From Elusimicrobiota bacterium (GTDB taxonomy: Bacteria; Elusimicrobiota; Elusimicrobia; UBA1565; UBA9628), in assembly GCA_016204945.1 (NCBI GenBank), contig JACQJQ010000208.1:1-44665 (forward strand): a DNA stretch of 44,665 nucleotides, in the 5' to 3' direction. The position numbers were made by a program, and so were the translations under genes. Numbering within the stretch: position 1 is the first letter of the stretch; each line of letters begins with the position of its first letter. The notes beneath the pieces were generated by a model. That model had not been told where the DNA came from. It searched no databases and saw only the letters and a list, made by a program, of their open reading frames with translations. Shown here piece by piece: positions 10,114-18,582 of the stretch.

Positions 10114-10689
10114 ATGGACTCCGTCGAGCTTATTTACGATTACTTCGAGGATAGGGCCCATGCCGCGGCGCTGATCCGCCAGCGGCGGCCGGCGGCTCTC
10201 GGCCTGCTCGCAATCCTGCTCGGGACGGCGAGCCTGTACGTCGCCCAGTCCTTGGCCGGGCGCGCGATCCTGCCCTTCGGCTGGCCCGGATTCGCCCTGG
10301 CCTTGCTGTGGCACGTCGTCCTGATCTTCCTAGGCACGGCGCTGCTGCACCTTATCCTTGAATTCGGCGGCGCGCGGGGCGACGCCCGCGTCCTGTTCGT
10401 GCACCTCGGTCTCTCCGAACTCGCCTGGCTGGCGGCGGTGCCGCTCGTCCTCCTGTGCCAGAGCGTCCTCTCCAAACCCGCCTGGAGCCTGCGCCTGGTC
10501 TTCTTCTTCGTGGGCCTCTGGTCGCTGTCCTACAAGGCGCGCGGAATCCGCGACGAGTACGGCGTCGGAGGCGGGCGCGCGTGGCTGACCTTGGGCTTGC
10601 CGTATCTCGTCGCCGTGCTCGTCCTGCTTCTGATGGCCTTTCTCGCGACGCTCGGCTTCGTGCTCGCCGCGATGAGCTCGTGGGCATGA
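10114..10689 (+). CDS. Yip1-like multi-pass membrane protein
   Basis: About 5 hydrophobic helices; abuts sppA (TGA-ATG). Confidence 0.6.
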   Translation: MDSVELIYDYFEDRAHAAALIRQRRPAALGLLAILLGTASLYVAQSLAGRAILPFGWPGFALALLWHVVLIFLGTALLHLILEFGGARGDARVLFVHLGLSELAWLAAVPLVLLCQSVLSKPAWSLRLVFFFVGLWSLSYKARGIRDEYGVGGGRAWLTLGLPYLVAVLVLLLMAFLATLGFVLAAMSSWA

Positions 10690-11420
10690 AGGAGCCGATT
10701 CCCGAGGTTTGGGAAGGCCTGCCCGTGGTCAGCGCGGCGGCGATGCGGGCGCTCGACCAAGCCGCGGTCGAGAAGCACGGCATCAAGGCGCTCGACCTGA
10801 TGGAGAACGCGGGCAAGGCCGTCGCCGCGGAGTGCGCGGCGTTCCTCGCCGCCAAGGGCGTCGCGCTCGCGCGGGCGGACGTGGTCGTCTGCTGCGGCCG
10901 CGGCGCCAACGGCGGCGACGGGCTCGTCGCCGCGCGGCACCTGCGCGCGGGCGGCGCCGCGGTCGGCGTGTTCCTATGCCCGCCCAAGAACGACGGTTCC
11001 GGCGGCGGGAAATATCCCGAACTCGTGCGCGTCAATCTCGCCGCGGCCAAGGCGGCGGGCGTGACCATCGTCGAGGCGGGCCCGGAGTCGGGCCTCGCCG
11101 CGGCGCTCGCGCGGTGCGATCTCGCGATCGACGCGCTGCTCGGCACCGGCTCCAACGGCAAGCCGGCGGGAGCCGTCCACCACATGATCCGCGAGCTCAC
11201 GCGCGCCAAGAAGCCGGTGATCGCCGTGGACATCCCCTCGGGCCTTCATCCCGACACCGGCTACCACAGCGGCGTCTTCGTCGCCGCCGACCTCACCTTG
11301 ACCTTGGGCCTGCCCAAGCGCGGCCTGCTCGCGCCGCACGCCAAGCCGCAGGTCGGCGTCCTGAAGGTGCTCGATATCGGCTACCCGCCCGCTCTGTTGA
11401 AAGGGCGCTCGCTTAAGTGA
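10686..11420 (+). CDS. nnrE: NAD(P)H-hydrate epimerase (stand-alone YjeF_N)
   Basis: MRALD, LMENAG.AVA, CGRGANGGDG, DALLGTG, AVDIPSG motifs; ATG 10686 overlaps the upstream stop. Confidence 0.9.
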   Translation: MKEPIPEVWEGLPVVSAAAMRALDQAAVEKHGIKALDLMENAGKAVAAECAAFLAAKGVALARADVVVCCGRGANGGDGLVAARHLRAGGAAVGVFLCPPKNDGSGGGKYPELVRVNLAAAKAAGVTIVEAGPESGLAAALARCDLAIDALLGTGSNGKPAGAVHHMIRELTRAKKPVIAVDIPSGLHPDTGYHSGVFVAADLTLTLGLPKRGLLAPHAKPQVGVLKVLDIGYPPALLKGRSLK

Positions 11421-11959
11421 GGCGCCTGGCCTGCGCGGTCCTGCTGCTCGGCGCCGCCTGCGCCCGTCAGCCGGGCCCCTACGCGATCTTGGAGACCTCG
11501 AAAGGCCGCATGGTCGCGCGCCTGCACGGAGCCGAGACGCCGAAGACGGTCGCGCATCTGCGCGCGCTGGCCGGACGCCCGAAGCCGTTTTACGACGGGC
11601 TTGTCTTTTTCCGCGTCGTCCCCGGTTTCCTGATCCAGACGGGCGATCCCGCGGGCGACGGCCGGGGCGACCCGAAGCTTCCCGTGCCCGACGAGATCCG
11701 TCCCGGCGACCGTTTCGACCGGCCCGGGCTGCTCGGCATGGCGAGCTGGGGTCCGGGGACGTCTCAGACCCAGTTCTTCATCACGCTCGCGCCCGCGCGC
11801 GATCTCGACGGCCTCCACACGATTTTCGGCGAGCTGATCGAGGGCCTCGAGGTCGCGCAGGCGATCGCGGCCGTGCCGCGCGAGACGAAAGACGGCGTCG
11901 ACCGGCCCTACGATCCTCCGGTGATGAAGTCGTTTAAGATCGTGTCCGTTCGTCCTTGA
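11417..11959 (+). CDS. Cyclophilin-type peptidyl-prolyl isomerase, probable lipoprotein
   Basis: LLGAAC lipobox-like; FYDGLVFFRVVPGFLIQTGDP, QFFIT, LDGLHTIFG. Confidence 0.9.
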   Translation: MRRLACAVLLLGAACARQPGPYAILETSKGRMVARLHGAETPKTVAHLRALAGRPKPFYDGLVFFRVVPGFLIQTGDPAGDGRGDPKLPVPDEIRPGDRFDRPGLLGMASWGPGTSQTQFFITLAPARDLDGLHTIFGELIEGLEVAQAIAAVPRETKDGVDRPYDPPVMKSFKIVSVRP

Positions 11960-12007
11960 GATCGTCGCGAACGATCCAAGCCGGCCGTCCAAATGCTAGA
12001 ATGAGGC

Positions 12008-12517
12008 ATGAAGATTTTATTCCTGATCGCGGCCGCTTTTCTCGCCGCTTCGCCCATCCATGCCGCGGACTGCGATTCCTATGCCCCGCTCCTGAAGATC
12101 GGCTGGCGCCTCCACTATGAACGCATCGATGGACCGTCGCGCTCGGCGATTCTTGATCAGTCGGAGTGTTCGATCGCGTTCGCGGACCATGGCATCGGCG
12201 ATTTCGACGACGCGGATAAGCCAGGCGCGCCGTCCAATCCCGCGCCGCGCCTTCGTTTCTGGTCGGAAACGAGCCCTTATGAAATCGACGTCGAGCTGAG
12301 GAACGGGTGGGCGCGCGTCGCGCTGTTCAAGCGTGAAGGCCGCTACCGTAGCATGATGGCCCGCATCGATCAGGTCGCCGAAGACGAGTTGGCGGCGATG
12401 GCGCTGGACTACACGGGCAACGTCGACGACCGGGAATATCCGGCGCTTCGCGTCGGACCAGGCGTGCGCAAGACCGTGCGCTCCGCCCGAGTGCTTCTGA
12501 CGCCCGTCGGGCGCTGA
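12008..12517 (+). CDS. Secreted hypothetical protein
   Basis: Signal peptide MKILFLIAAAFLAASPIHA; TGcTAGAAT 5 nt upstream of the ATG. Confidence 0.65.
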   Translation: MKILFLIAAAFLAASPIHAADCDSYAPLLKIGWRLHYERIDGPSRSAILDQSECSIAFADHGIGDFDDADKPGAPSNPAPRLRFWSETSPYEIDVELRNGWARVALFKREGRYRSMMARIDQVAEDELAAMALDYTGNVDDREYPALRVGPGVRKTVRSARVLLTPVGR

Positions 12518-12532
12518 GCGCGGCCCGCGGGA

Positions 12533-13312
12533 TCAGTCTCGGCCCGTCGCGACGCGGACCTTCGCCGCCATCCTCGCCAGGCGTTCCTTGACTCCCGGCG
12601 CGCGCTTTTCCAGCAGAGGCAGGACCTCGCGGCGCACCCAGTTGCGGGTGAACTTGGGGTCGCGGTTGCTCGCGTCCTCGCGCCAGTCGAGCCCGTGCAT
12701 CTTGAGGTAGAGAAGGACCTCGGCGCGCGTCAGCGGCAGGAGTGGGCGGATCAACTCGACGCCGGGTATCAGTTCGCGCCGCGGCGCGATGCCGCCGAGG
12801 CCCTCGAGGCTCGTGCCGCGCAGCAGGTGCAGAAGCACGGTCTCGGCCTGGTCGTCGAGCTGATGGCCGGTCGCGACCGCCGTGAAGCGTCCGTGCCGCG
12901 CCCGCGCGCCCAGCGCGCGGTAGCGCGCCTTTCGGCCCGCCTCCTCGAGGCCGAGCCCGCGCTTGGCCGCGAGCGCGCGCACCGGCGCGCGGACGACCGA
13001 GACGGGCAGCCCGAGGCGATCTCCCAGAGCCTTGACGAAGCGCGCGTCGCCGTCCGCGGCGCGCCCGCGCAGGCCGTGGTGGACGTGGACGAGCGCCACC
13101 GTCAGGCTCTTTTTTCGCGCCTGGACCGACAGCCAATGCGCCAGGCACACCGAATCCGGACCGCCCGACACCGCGGCCAGCACCCGGCGCTCCGGCGTCA
13201 GGAGTCGGTGCGCGGCCTCGAAGGCCGCGAGCTTGGACCAAACGCGGGCGGCGAATTCCTTGCGTTTCAGGGAGGCTCTCCGACGTGGACGATGCCTTAT
13301 TCCCATCGACAA
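12533..13312 (-). CDS. tilS: tRNA(Ile)-lysidine synthetase, catalytic domain only; start uncertain
   Basis: AVSGGPDS PP-loop, HVHHGLRG, ATGHQLDDQAET.L..L.RG, IRPLL, EDASN...FTRN.VR. Confidence 0.92.
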   Translation of the reverse strand: MSMGIRHRPRRRASLKRKEFAARVWSKLAAFEAAHRLLTPERRVLAAVSGGPDSVCLAHWLSVQARKKSLTVALVHVHHGLRGRAADGDARFVKALGDRLGLPVSVVRAPVRALAAKRGLGLEEAGRKARYRALGARARHGRFTAVATGHQLDDQAETVLLHLLRGTSLEGLGGIAPRRELIPGVELIRPLLPLTRAEVLLYLKMHGLDWREDASNRDPKFTRNWVRREVLPLLEKRAPGVKERLARMAAKVRVATGRD

Positions 13313-13370
13313 ATCAATGCGGAAGTTGTTCCTTGAGCGCCGTTTCGGGTTCGATGTCAGGGTCAGGGTC

Positions 13371-13406
13371 TTGACGGGGGGACCAACATGTACTATAATA
13401 CGTACG
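13371..13406 (+). promoter_or_regulatory. TA promoter with probable autorepression operator
   Basis: TTGACG (13371-76), 17 bp spacer, TATAAT (13394-99); GTAC cores at 13390 and 13402 flank the -10, 12 bp apart. Confidence 0.7.
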
Positions 13407-13407
13407 C

Positions 13408-13662
13408 ATGAAGACCGTCACCGCCACCGGCGCCCGCAGCGGCCTCTTTAGCATCATCAAAGACGCCGCCGCGACTCACAGCCCTTACCGCATCACCTCG
13501 CGGTCCGGCACGGCTATCTTGATTCCCGAGGAGGACTTCGATAGTTTATTGGAGACCTTGGAGCTTCTCTCCACTCCCGGCGTTCTCGCCGGAGTGCGCA
13601 AGGCCCGGCGCGATATCGCGGAAGGCAGGACCTATTCCCTCAAAGATGTTTTCGGATCCTGA
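13408..13662 (+). CDS. Phd/YefM family antitoxin
   Basis: 84 aa; MKTVTAT.AR..L..II, ITSRSG.AILIPEEDFDSLLETLELLS pattern. Confidence 0.9.
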   Translation: MKTVTATGARSGLFSIIKDAAATHSPYRITSRSGTAILIPEEDFDSLLETLELLSTPGVLAGVRKARRDIAEGRTYSLKDVFGS

Positions 13663-13665
13663 TTC

Positions 13666-13920
13666 GTGCCGTATGACGTCCGGATCACCCGACAGGCGCG
13701 CAAAGATATCGCCACCTTGCTCCCAAGACTGCGGCGCAAACTTCAGGATATCCTGATACATGTCCTCGCGCGAAATCCGTACGAGGGCAAGAAGTTGCTT
13801 GGGGACCTTGCGGGAAGTTATTCCTACCGCCTGAACTACAAGGACCGCATCGTTTACAGCGTGGATGAGCGGATGAAGACGGTGTATATCGAGCGCGCCC
13901 GCACCCATTACGGGAACTGA
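13666..13920 (+). CDS. RelE/YoeB-family mRNA interferase toxin
   Basis: 84 aa, basic; NPYEGKKL.GDLAG.YSYRLNYKDRIVY, C-terminal THYG; directly after the antitoxin. Confidence 0.88.
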   Translation: MPYDVRITRQARKDIATLLPRLRRKLQDILIHVLARNPYEGKKLLGDLAGSYSYRLNYKDRIVYSVDERMKTVYIERARTHYGN

Positions 13921-15260
13921 GGTCCGGGCGCCTGCTTCAACGTCGTCCCGAGTTCGAGCAGAGCTTCGCGGGCCGCGGCCATCGGGACGTCCTCGGCGCG
14001 CTCGAAGGGGCGCGAGTCCCAGACGCGGCGGGGGTCGGGCGCGTCGATCAGGTCGTGGGGCAAGGAGCGGGAGAGCCTGTCGAGCTCGGAGTCGCCCGCG
14101 TAGTATCGCGGCTCGCGGAGCATGCCGAAGGGAACCGAGCCGGTGATGAAGGCGTGGGCGTCGTTGCAGTCGCCGAGGGGCCCGTAGCCGCCCATCGCCA
14201 GGCCGAAGGCTTTGGCCTTGGCCGCGAGCTCGCGGCTGACCCAGGCGGCGCGCTCAAGGAGCGCGGCCGCGTCCTTTCCCGACCAAGAGCGCGCGACGCG
14301 GCCGCCGACCCAGCCTTGGTTGGTCGTGTCCTTGGCGCGGAACGCGGCGCGTCCGTCGATGCCGTAGTAAAACGCCAGGGAGGCGTTGACGCGCGGGCCG
14401 CGGACGCGGATGTCGAGCTCGCTGTGCGCGACCGGGGAGACGAGGCGGCGGCCGCTCGGCAGGACGATGCCGGTGTCGATCAAGGTCGGCGTCGCGACGT
14501 CGCGGCGCGCGCCCCCGGCCTCCAGGCGCAGGTCGCCGAAGTTCGCGTAAAGGCGGACGTCGTCGATCTCGATCACGTGGCCCGCGGAGAGCAAGGAGTC
14601 AAGCCAGGCGCCGACGCCCGCGCGGCGCGCGCCGGCGTCGAGGATGAAGCCGGCGGGAGCCGAAGGATCGTTCGCGGAAAGGTGGTTCAGCGCCTCCGCG
14701 ACCGCCCTGCTGTCGCCCCACGGCGCGCCGGCGCCGAACAAAGTCTCGTCGCCGTAGAGCAGGCCGCGGCCGATGGGCTTCAAGTAGAGGTCCTTGGGCG
14801 GGTCCAGGGGCGCCCCGGGGAGCGTCAGGGCGAGCTCCTCCGGTCGCGCGGGCTCGGGCGTCATGCCTTGGCGCGAGGCGTACAGCGAGGCGGCGGCGCC
14901 GGCCTGGGCGGGAGTCAGGGTGGGGAAACGGTCGAGCACGGAGGGGTCGGCGCGGCTCAGGGCTTCCTTGATCCGCGCGCGGAGCGCGGGGGTGTCGAGC
15001 GCGGAGCCGAGCGAGCCGGTTTTGGCGACGAGCAGGTCGAGCAGTTCGTCGACGGCCGCCGGGTCCCGGCCCAGGGCGCGGGCGAGGTCGGACAGGGACA
15101 GCGGCGCGTCGGCGGCGCGGGCCGCGGGCGAGACCGCCGGCGGGGCTGCCTGCCTCCTGCTGCCGTCGAAAAGCGCGCCGGCCGCGGCCGGAAGGTCCTC
15201 GAGGCGCTGGGCGGCGGCGCTGAGCGGCGCCAGGAGCAGGAAAGGGAGGAGGCGGTTCAC
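13908..15260 (-). CDS. Secreted hypothetical protein
   Basis: GTG 15260 gives signal peptide MNRLLPFLLLAPLSAAA; TGtTACAAT 8 nt upstream; long ORF with GC-rich codon usage. Confidence 0.7.
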   Translation of the reverse strand: MNRLLPFLLLAPLSAAAQRLEDLPAAAGALFDGSRRQAAPPAVSPAARAADAPLSLSDLARALGRDPAAVDELLDLLVAKTGSLGSALDTPALRARIKEALSRADPSVLDRFPTLTPAQAGAAASLYASRQGMTPEPARPEELALTLPGAPLDPPKDLYLKPIGRGLLYGDETLFGAGAPWGDSRAVAEALNHLSANDPSAPAGFILDAGARRAGVGAWLDSLLSAGHVIEIDDVRLYANFGDLRLEAGGARRDVATPTLIDTGIVLPSGRRLVSPVAHSELDIRVRGPRVNASLAFYYGIDGRAAFRAKDTTNQGWVGGRVARSWSGKDAAALLERAAWVSRELAAKAKAFGLAMGGYGPLGDCNDAHAFITGSVPFGMLREPRYYAGDSELDRLSRSLPHDLIDAPDPRRVWDSRPFERAEDVPMAAAREALLELGTTLKQAPGPQFP

Positions 15261-15319
15261 GCCCCCATATTGTAACACGCCCCATGGACTTCCTTCGCGC
15301 GAATTGATAAATTCGCGCC

Positions 15320-15694
15320 ATGGCCAAGAAAGTCCTTGTCATCGACGACGAACCGGAGATGCTCAACCTCGTGAAGTACACGCTCGAGCACGGCGGTTTC
15401 GAGGTGCACACCTGCGACAACGGGCGCCACGCCTGGGACGCGATCGCCAAGGTCAAGCCTGACGTCCTCGTCCTGGACGTCATGCTGCCCGGCATCGACG
15501 GCTACTCGCTCCAGCTCAAGATCTCGGTCGAGCCGACCACGAAGGACCTCCCGATCGTCGTCCTGACGGCGCTCGAGCCGTCGAAGACCTTGTTCCAGAA
15601 ATTCCCGCAGGTCGTCGGCTTCATGACCAAGCCCTTCAAGCCCGAGGAGCTTCTGAAGACGGTCTCGGACGCCTCCGCCAAAGTCGCGGGTTGA
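15320..15694 (+). CDS. Single-domain response regulator (receiver)
   Basis: KVLVIDDE, PDVLVLDVMLPGIDG, VVLTA, MTKPF. Confidence 0.93.
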   Translation: MAKKVLVIDDEPEMLNLVKYTLEHGGFEVHTCDNGRHAWDAIAKVKPDVLVLDVMLPGIDGYSLQLKISVEPTTKDLPIVVLTALEPSKTLFQKFPQVVGFMTKPFKPEELLKTVSDASAKVAG

Positions 15695-17004
15695 CCGGCA
15701 TGGCCGAAGAGCCCAGCTACGACGCGATCGTCGTCGGCGCCGGCCCCGCCGGACTCTCCGCCGCCGTCGTCATGGCGCGGGCCGGCCTCAAGGTCGTCGT
15801 GCTCGAGCGCGGCGAGTATCCCGGGGCCAAGAACGTGCAGGGCGCGGTGCTCTACTCGAAGATGCTCCACGAGATCGTGCCCGAGTTTTGGAAGGCCCCG
15901 GACGCGCCCGTCGAGCGCCCGATCGTCGAGCAGAAGACCTGCGTCACGACCGAGGACTCCTACGTCACGGTCGGCTACAAGTCCCTGAAGTTCCTCGAGG
16001 GCGTCCCGAACTGCTACACGATCATCCGCGTCCATTTCGACCAGTGGTACGCGAAGAAGGCCGAGGAGGCCGGGGCCGAGGTGTTCTGCGGCGTCATGGT
16101 CCGCGACGTCGTCAAGGACGCCTCCGGAAAGATCACCGGCATCAGGACGGCCGAGGGCGACGAGCTGACCGCCAGCGTCGTCATCGCCTGCGACGGCGTC
16201 AACTCGATCGTGGCGCAGAAGGCCGGCTTCATCGACGAGCTGAAGCCCACCGAGGTGGCGCTCGGCGCCAAGGAAGTCATCGCGCTCGCCCCCGGCGTCA
16301 TCGAGGACCGCTTCCAGCTCAATGCCGGCGAGGGGGCGACGATGGAGATGTTCGGCTCGACCTCCCTCGGGATGCTCGGCTACTGCTTCCTCTACACGAA
16401 CAAGGAATCCCTGGCGCTGGGCGTCGGCTGCAAGCTGTCGGACTACCAAAAGAAGGGCCTGCGCCCCTCCGATCACCTCGAGTACGTCAAGCAGCATCCG
16501 CTCATCAAGAAGCTGATCTCGGGCGGCAAGACGCTCGAGTACTCCTCGCATCTGATCCCCGAGGGCGGGTATAAATCCATGCCGCCGCTCGCCGCCGACG
16601 GATTCCTCGTCGCGGGCGACGCCGCGCAGATGACGAATCCCGCCTATCGCGAGGGCTCGAATCTCGCCATGACGGCGGGCAAGCTCGCGGGCGAGACCGT
16701 CATCGAGGCCAAGAAGAAGGGCGACTTTTCGAAGGCGACTTTGTCCGCCTACGTGGGCAAGCTGAAGAAGTCCTACGTGCTTTCCGACATGGAGGACATC
16801 CAGGACCTGGAGGAGCACGTGGAGGGCTCTCCCGGCTTCCTGGAGTTTTATCCGAAGCTGGCCTGCGAGCTGGCCCAGCTGCGCTTCTCGGCCGACGGCG
16901 TGCCGAAGCGCGAGCACCTGAAGAAGGCGCTCGGGATGGTCCGCGAGCGCGGCTTCCTGCGCGTCGCCAGGGATCTGTTCCCCCTCAGGAAGGTGGCGAT
17001 CTGA
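15691..17004 (+). CDS. fixC: FAD-dependent ETF-quinone oxidoreductase, FixC-like (start TTG 15691 or ATG 15700)
   Basis: IVVGAGPAG, ERGEYPGAKNV.G, CDGVNS, EYSSHLIPEGG, VAGDAA, EGSNLAM; followed by a FixX-like ferredoxin. Confidence 0.85.
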   Translation: MTGMAEEPSYDAIVVGAGPAGLSAAVVMARAGLKVVVLERGEYPGAKNVQGAVLYSKMLHEIVPEFWKAPDAPVERPIVEQKTCVTTEDSYVTVGYKSLKFLEGVPNCYTIIRVHFDQWYAKKAEEAGAEVFCGVMVRDVVKDASGKITGIRTAEGDELTASVVIACDGVNSIVAQKAGFIDELKPTEVALGAKEVIALAPGVIEDRFQLNAGEGATMEMFGSTSLGMLGYCFLYTNKESLALGVGCKLSDYQKKGLRPSDHLEYVKQHPLIKKLISGGKTLEYSSHLIPEGGYKSMPPLAADGFLVAGDAAQMTNPAYREGSNLAMTAGKLAGETVIEAKKKGDFSKATLSAYVGKLKKSYVLSDMEDIQDLEEHVEGSPGFLEFYPKLACELAQLRFSADGVPKREHLKKALGMVRERGFLRVARDLFPLRKVAI

Positions 17005-17312
17005 TGGACATCAAGATCGAGACGACGGTCGAGAGCAAGCTGGGGACGCTTGATTGGAAAAAGTCCCCGGACACGCACATCAACCTCAAGAACTCCGGCG
17101 CCGACTCTCCCTGCGCGACCTCCTGCAAGGACAAGCCGTGCACCACCGTCTGCCCGGCCAAGGTCTACGAGTGGGAGGCCTCCCACCGGAAGGTCATCGT
17201 CAACTACGAGAACTGCATCGAGTGCGGCGCCTGCCGCATGCTGTGTCCGTGGGACAACATCACGTGCGACTGGCCCGGCGGCGGCATGGGCGTCAAGTAC
17301 AAGTACGGCTGA
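17004..17312 (+). CDS. fixX: FixX-like ferredoxin
   Basis: C..C..KPC..VCPA.VY and YENCIECGAC..LCP, W..GG.GV.YKYG. Confidence 0.85.
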   Translation: MDIKIETTVESKLGTLDWKKSPDTHINLKNSGADSPCATSCKDKPCTTVCPAKVYEWEASHRKVIVNYENCIECGACRMLCPWDNITCDWPGGGMGVKYKYG

Positions 17313-17327
17313 GGCGGCGCCCAAACT

Positions 17328-17459
17328 CCAAGTTCTCGGGGTTTTGAAGGCAACTGTTTCCGGAAACAGTCGGGACAACGTCGTTTTGAACGGAATGGCG
17401 CCTCGAGGCGGAAACGAACGGGCCCTCCGCTCTCCGCCCTCAAAAGCCCGGGAACTTGG
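17328..17459. repeat. 132-bp element bounded by 24-bp imperfect inverted repeats with internal palindromes
   Basis: CCAAGTTCTCGGGGTTTTGAAGGC (17328-51) vs GCCCTCAAAAGCCCGGGAACTTGG (17436-59), 21/24 complementary; perfect palindromes ACTGTTTCCGGAAACAGT (17353-70) and CGCCTCGAGGCG (17399-410). Confidence 0.75.
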
Positions 17460-17522
17460 TGGCCTAAAGCCTGGCGCGACGCGGCGTCGGGAGCTATACT
17501 GGCGTCGAGACGTTTCCTGCCC

Positions 17523-18551
17523 ATGCCCCTGATTTTCAGCCAGCTCTTCTGCGTTTTCCTGGCCGTCGCGGCTCACGCGGGTCATGACGCCTCGTTGTTC
17601 GACGCCCGCGTTCCAGGCTCCCTGAAGCCGGGGCAGCGGGAGATGATTCTCGCTCTGGAGAACGGGCGCTATGTCCTGGAGAAGGGCTATTTCCGCGACA
17701 CGCGCGCCCCCGACCCGGCGCGATTTTTGCTCACGAACGCGCGGGTCGCGGAACTGCTCGCAGGTCTCGGCGTCAAGGGGCGTTTGGAGCGCTCCGGAGA
17801 CGCGACGGGCGACGCGGCCCGTCAGCGGGCGCTTGCGCGCATTGCGAAAAGCCGGCTTATCCATCCCAATTTTGATGGCGGGCTTGCGCGCGGAGACGAC
17901 ATTCAGAGTGCGCCGATCGCTCATGCCGCGGGATTGCCCGGCGCGGCGCCGCATTTCAGCGAGAACCAGGCCCGCAAGGTCCGGGGCGTTCCGTTCGCGG
18001 ACGCCCCATCGCAGCGAAAGCCGGTCCAGGCGATCGGCAAGGCCGCTATCGAAGACCTCGGCAAGTTTCCCGGAGGGGGCGGCCGTCCGCTGAGCCGTGA
18101 TGAGCTGGAAACCGCGAAAGAAATATTCAGGGATAAAATAGACTACTCGAAAGTGCGGATCGTATCCGGAGAGCATATGACGATCTGGGGAAAAATACTC
18201 ACTTTCCGCGATCATGGCGTGGCCTTGGGAAACACCATTTATTTCCCCAATAACGCTCATGGAGCGAGTCTGTACTCCCATGACTTCCAGCCTGATTGGT
18301 ACGTGCATGAAATGGTTCACGTCTATCAGTACGCGAAGGACGGCTGGAGCTACGCCGTCCGATCCATTTGGGAGCAGTTGACCAAAGGTCCCGGCGCCTA
18401 CAGATATGAGCTGGTTGGCGGCAAGATGTTTTCAAAATACGACGTTGAGCAGCAGGCCGCGATCGTGCAGAAGTACTATTCGGGGGCCATGTCCCCGTCC
18501 GACATGGCCATTGCGGAGAAGATGCTGAGAACGGAGGGGCTGCTTCGGTAG
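17523..18551 (+). CDS. Secreted protein with C-terminal DUF4157-like zinc metallopeptidase domain
   Basis: Signal peptide; RPLS..E...A..IF...IDYSKVRI, LGNTIYF, VHEMVHVYQY, Y.Y.L..K.F..YDVEQQA.IV. Confidence 0.75.
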   Translation: MPLIFSQLFCVFLAVAAHAGHDASLFDARVPGSLKPGQREMILALENGRYVLEKGYFRDTRAPDPARFLLTNARVAELLAGLGVKGRLERSGDATGDAARQRALARIAKSRLIHPNFDGGLARGDDIQSAPIAHAAGLPGAAPHFSENQARKVRGVPFADAPSQRKPVQAIGKAAIEDLGKFPGGGGRPLSRDELETAKEIFRDKIDYSKVRIVSGEHMTIWGKILTFRDHGVALGNTIYFPNNAHGASLYSHDFQPDWYVHEMVHVYQYAKDGWSYAVRSIWEQLTKGPGAYRYELVGGKMFSKYDVEQQAAIVQKYYSGAMSPSDMAIAEKMLRTEGLLR

Positions 18552-18582
18552 CCGTACCGGCATCGAGCGGGGGAAAACTGCG

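Noticed and set aside
17341-17415. Two GTTTTGAA...(ACAAC/GAAAC) hairpin units resembling CRISPR repeats
   Set aside because: They share only 8 nt, are 3 nt apart with no spacer, and there are no cas genes.
16848-18320. 490-aa minus-strand ORF spanning the inverted-repeat element (possible transposase)
   Set aside because: No DDE, HUH or recombinase motifs; antisense to fixCX and the peptidase.
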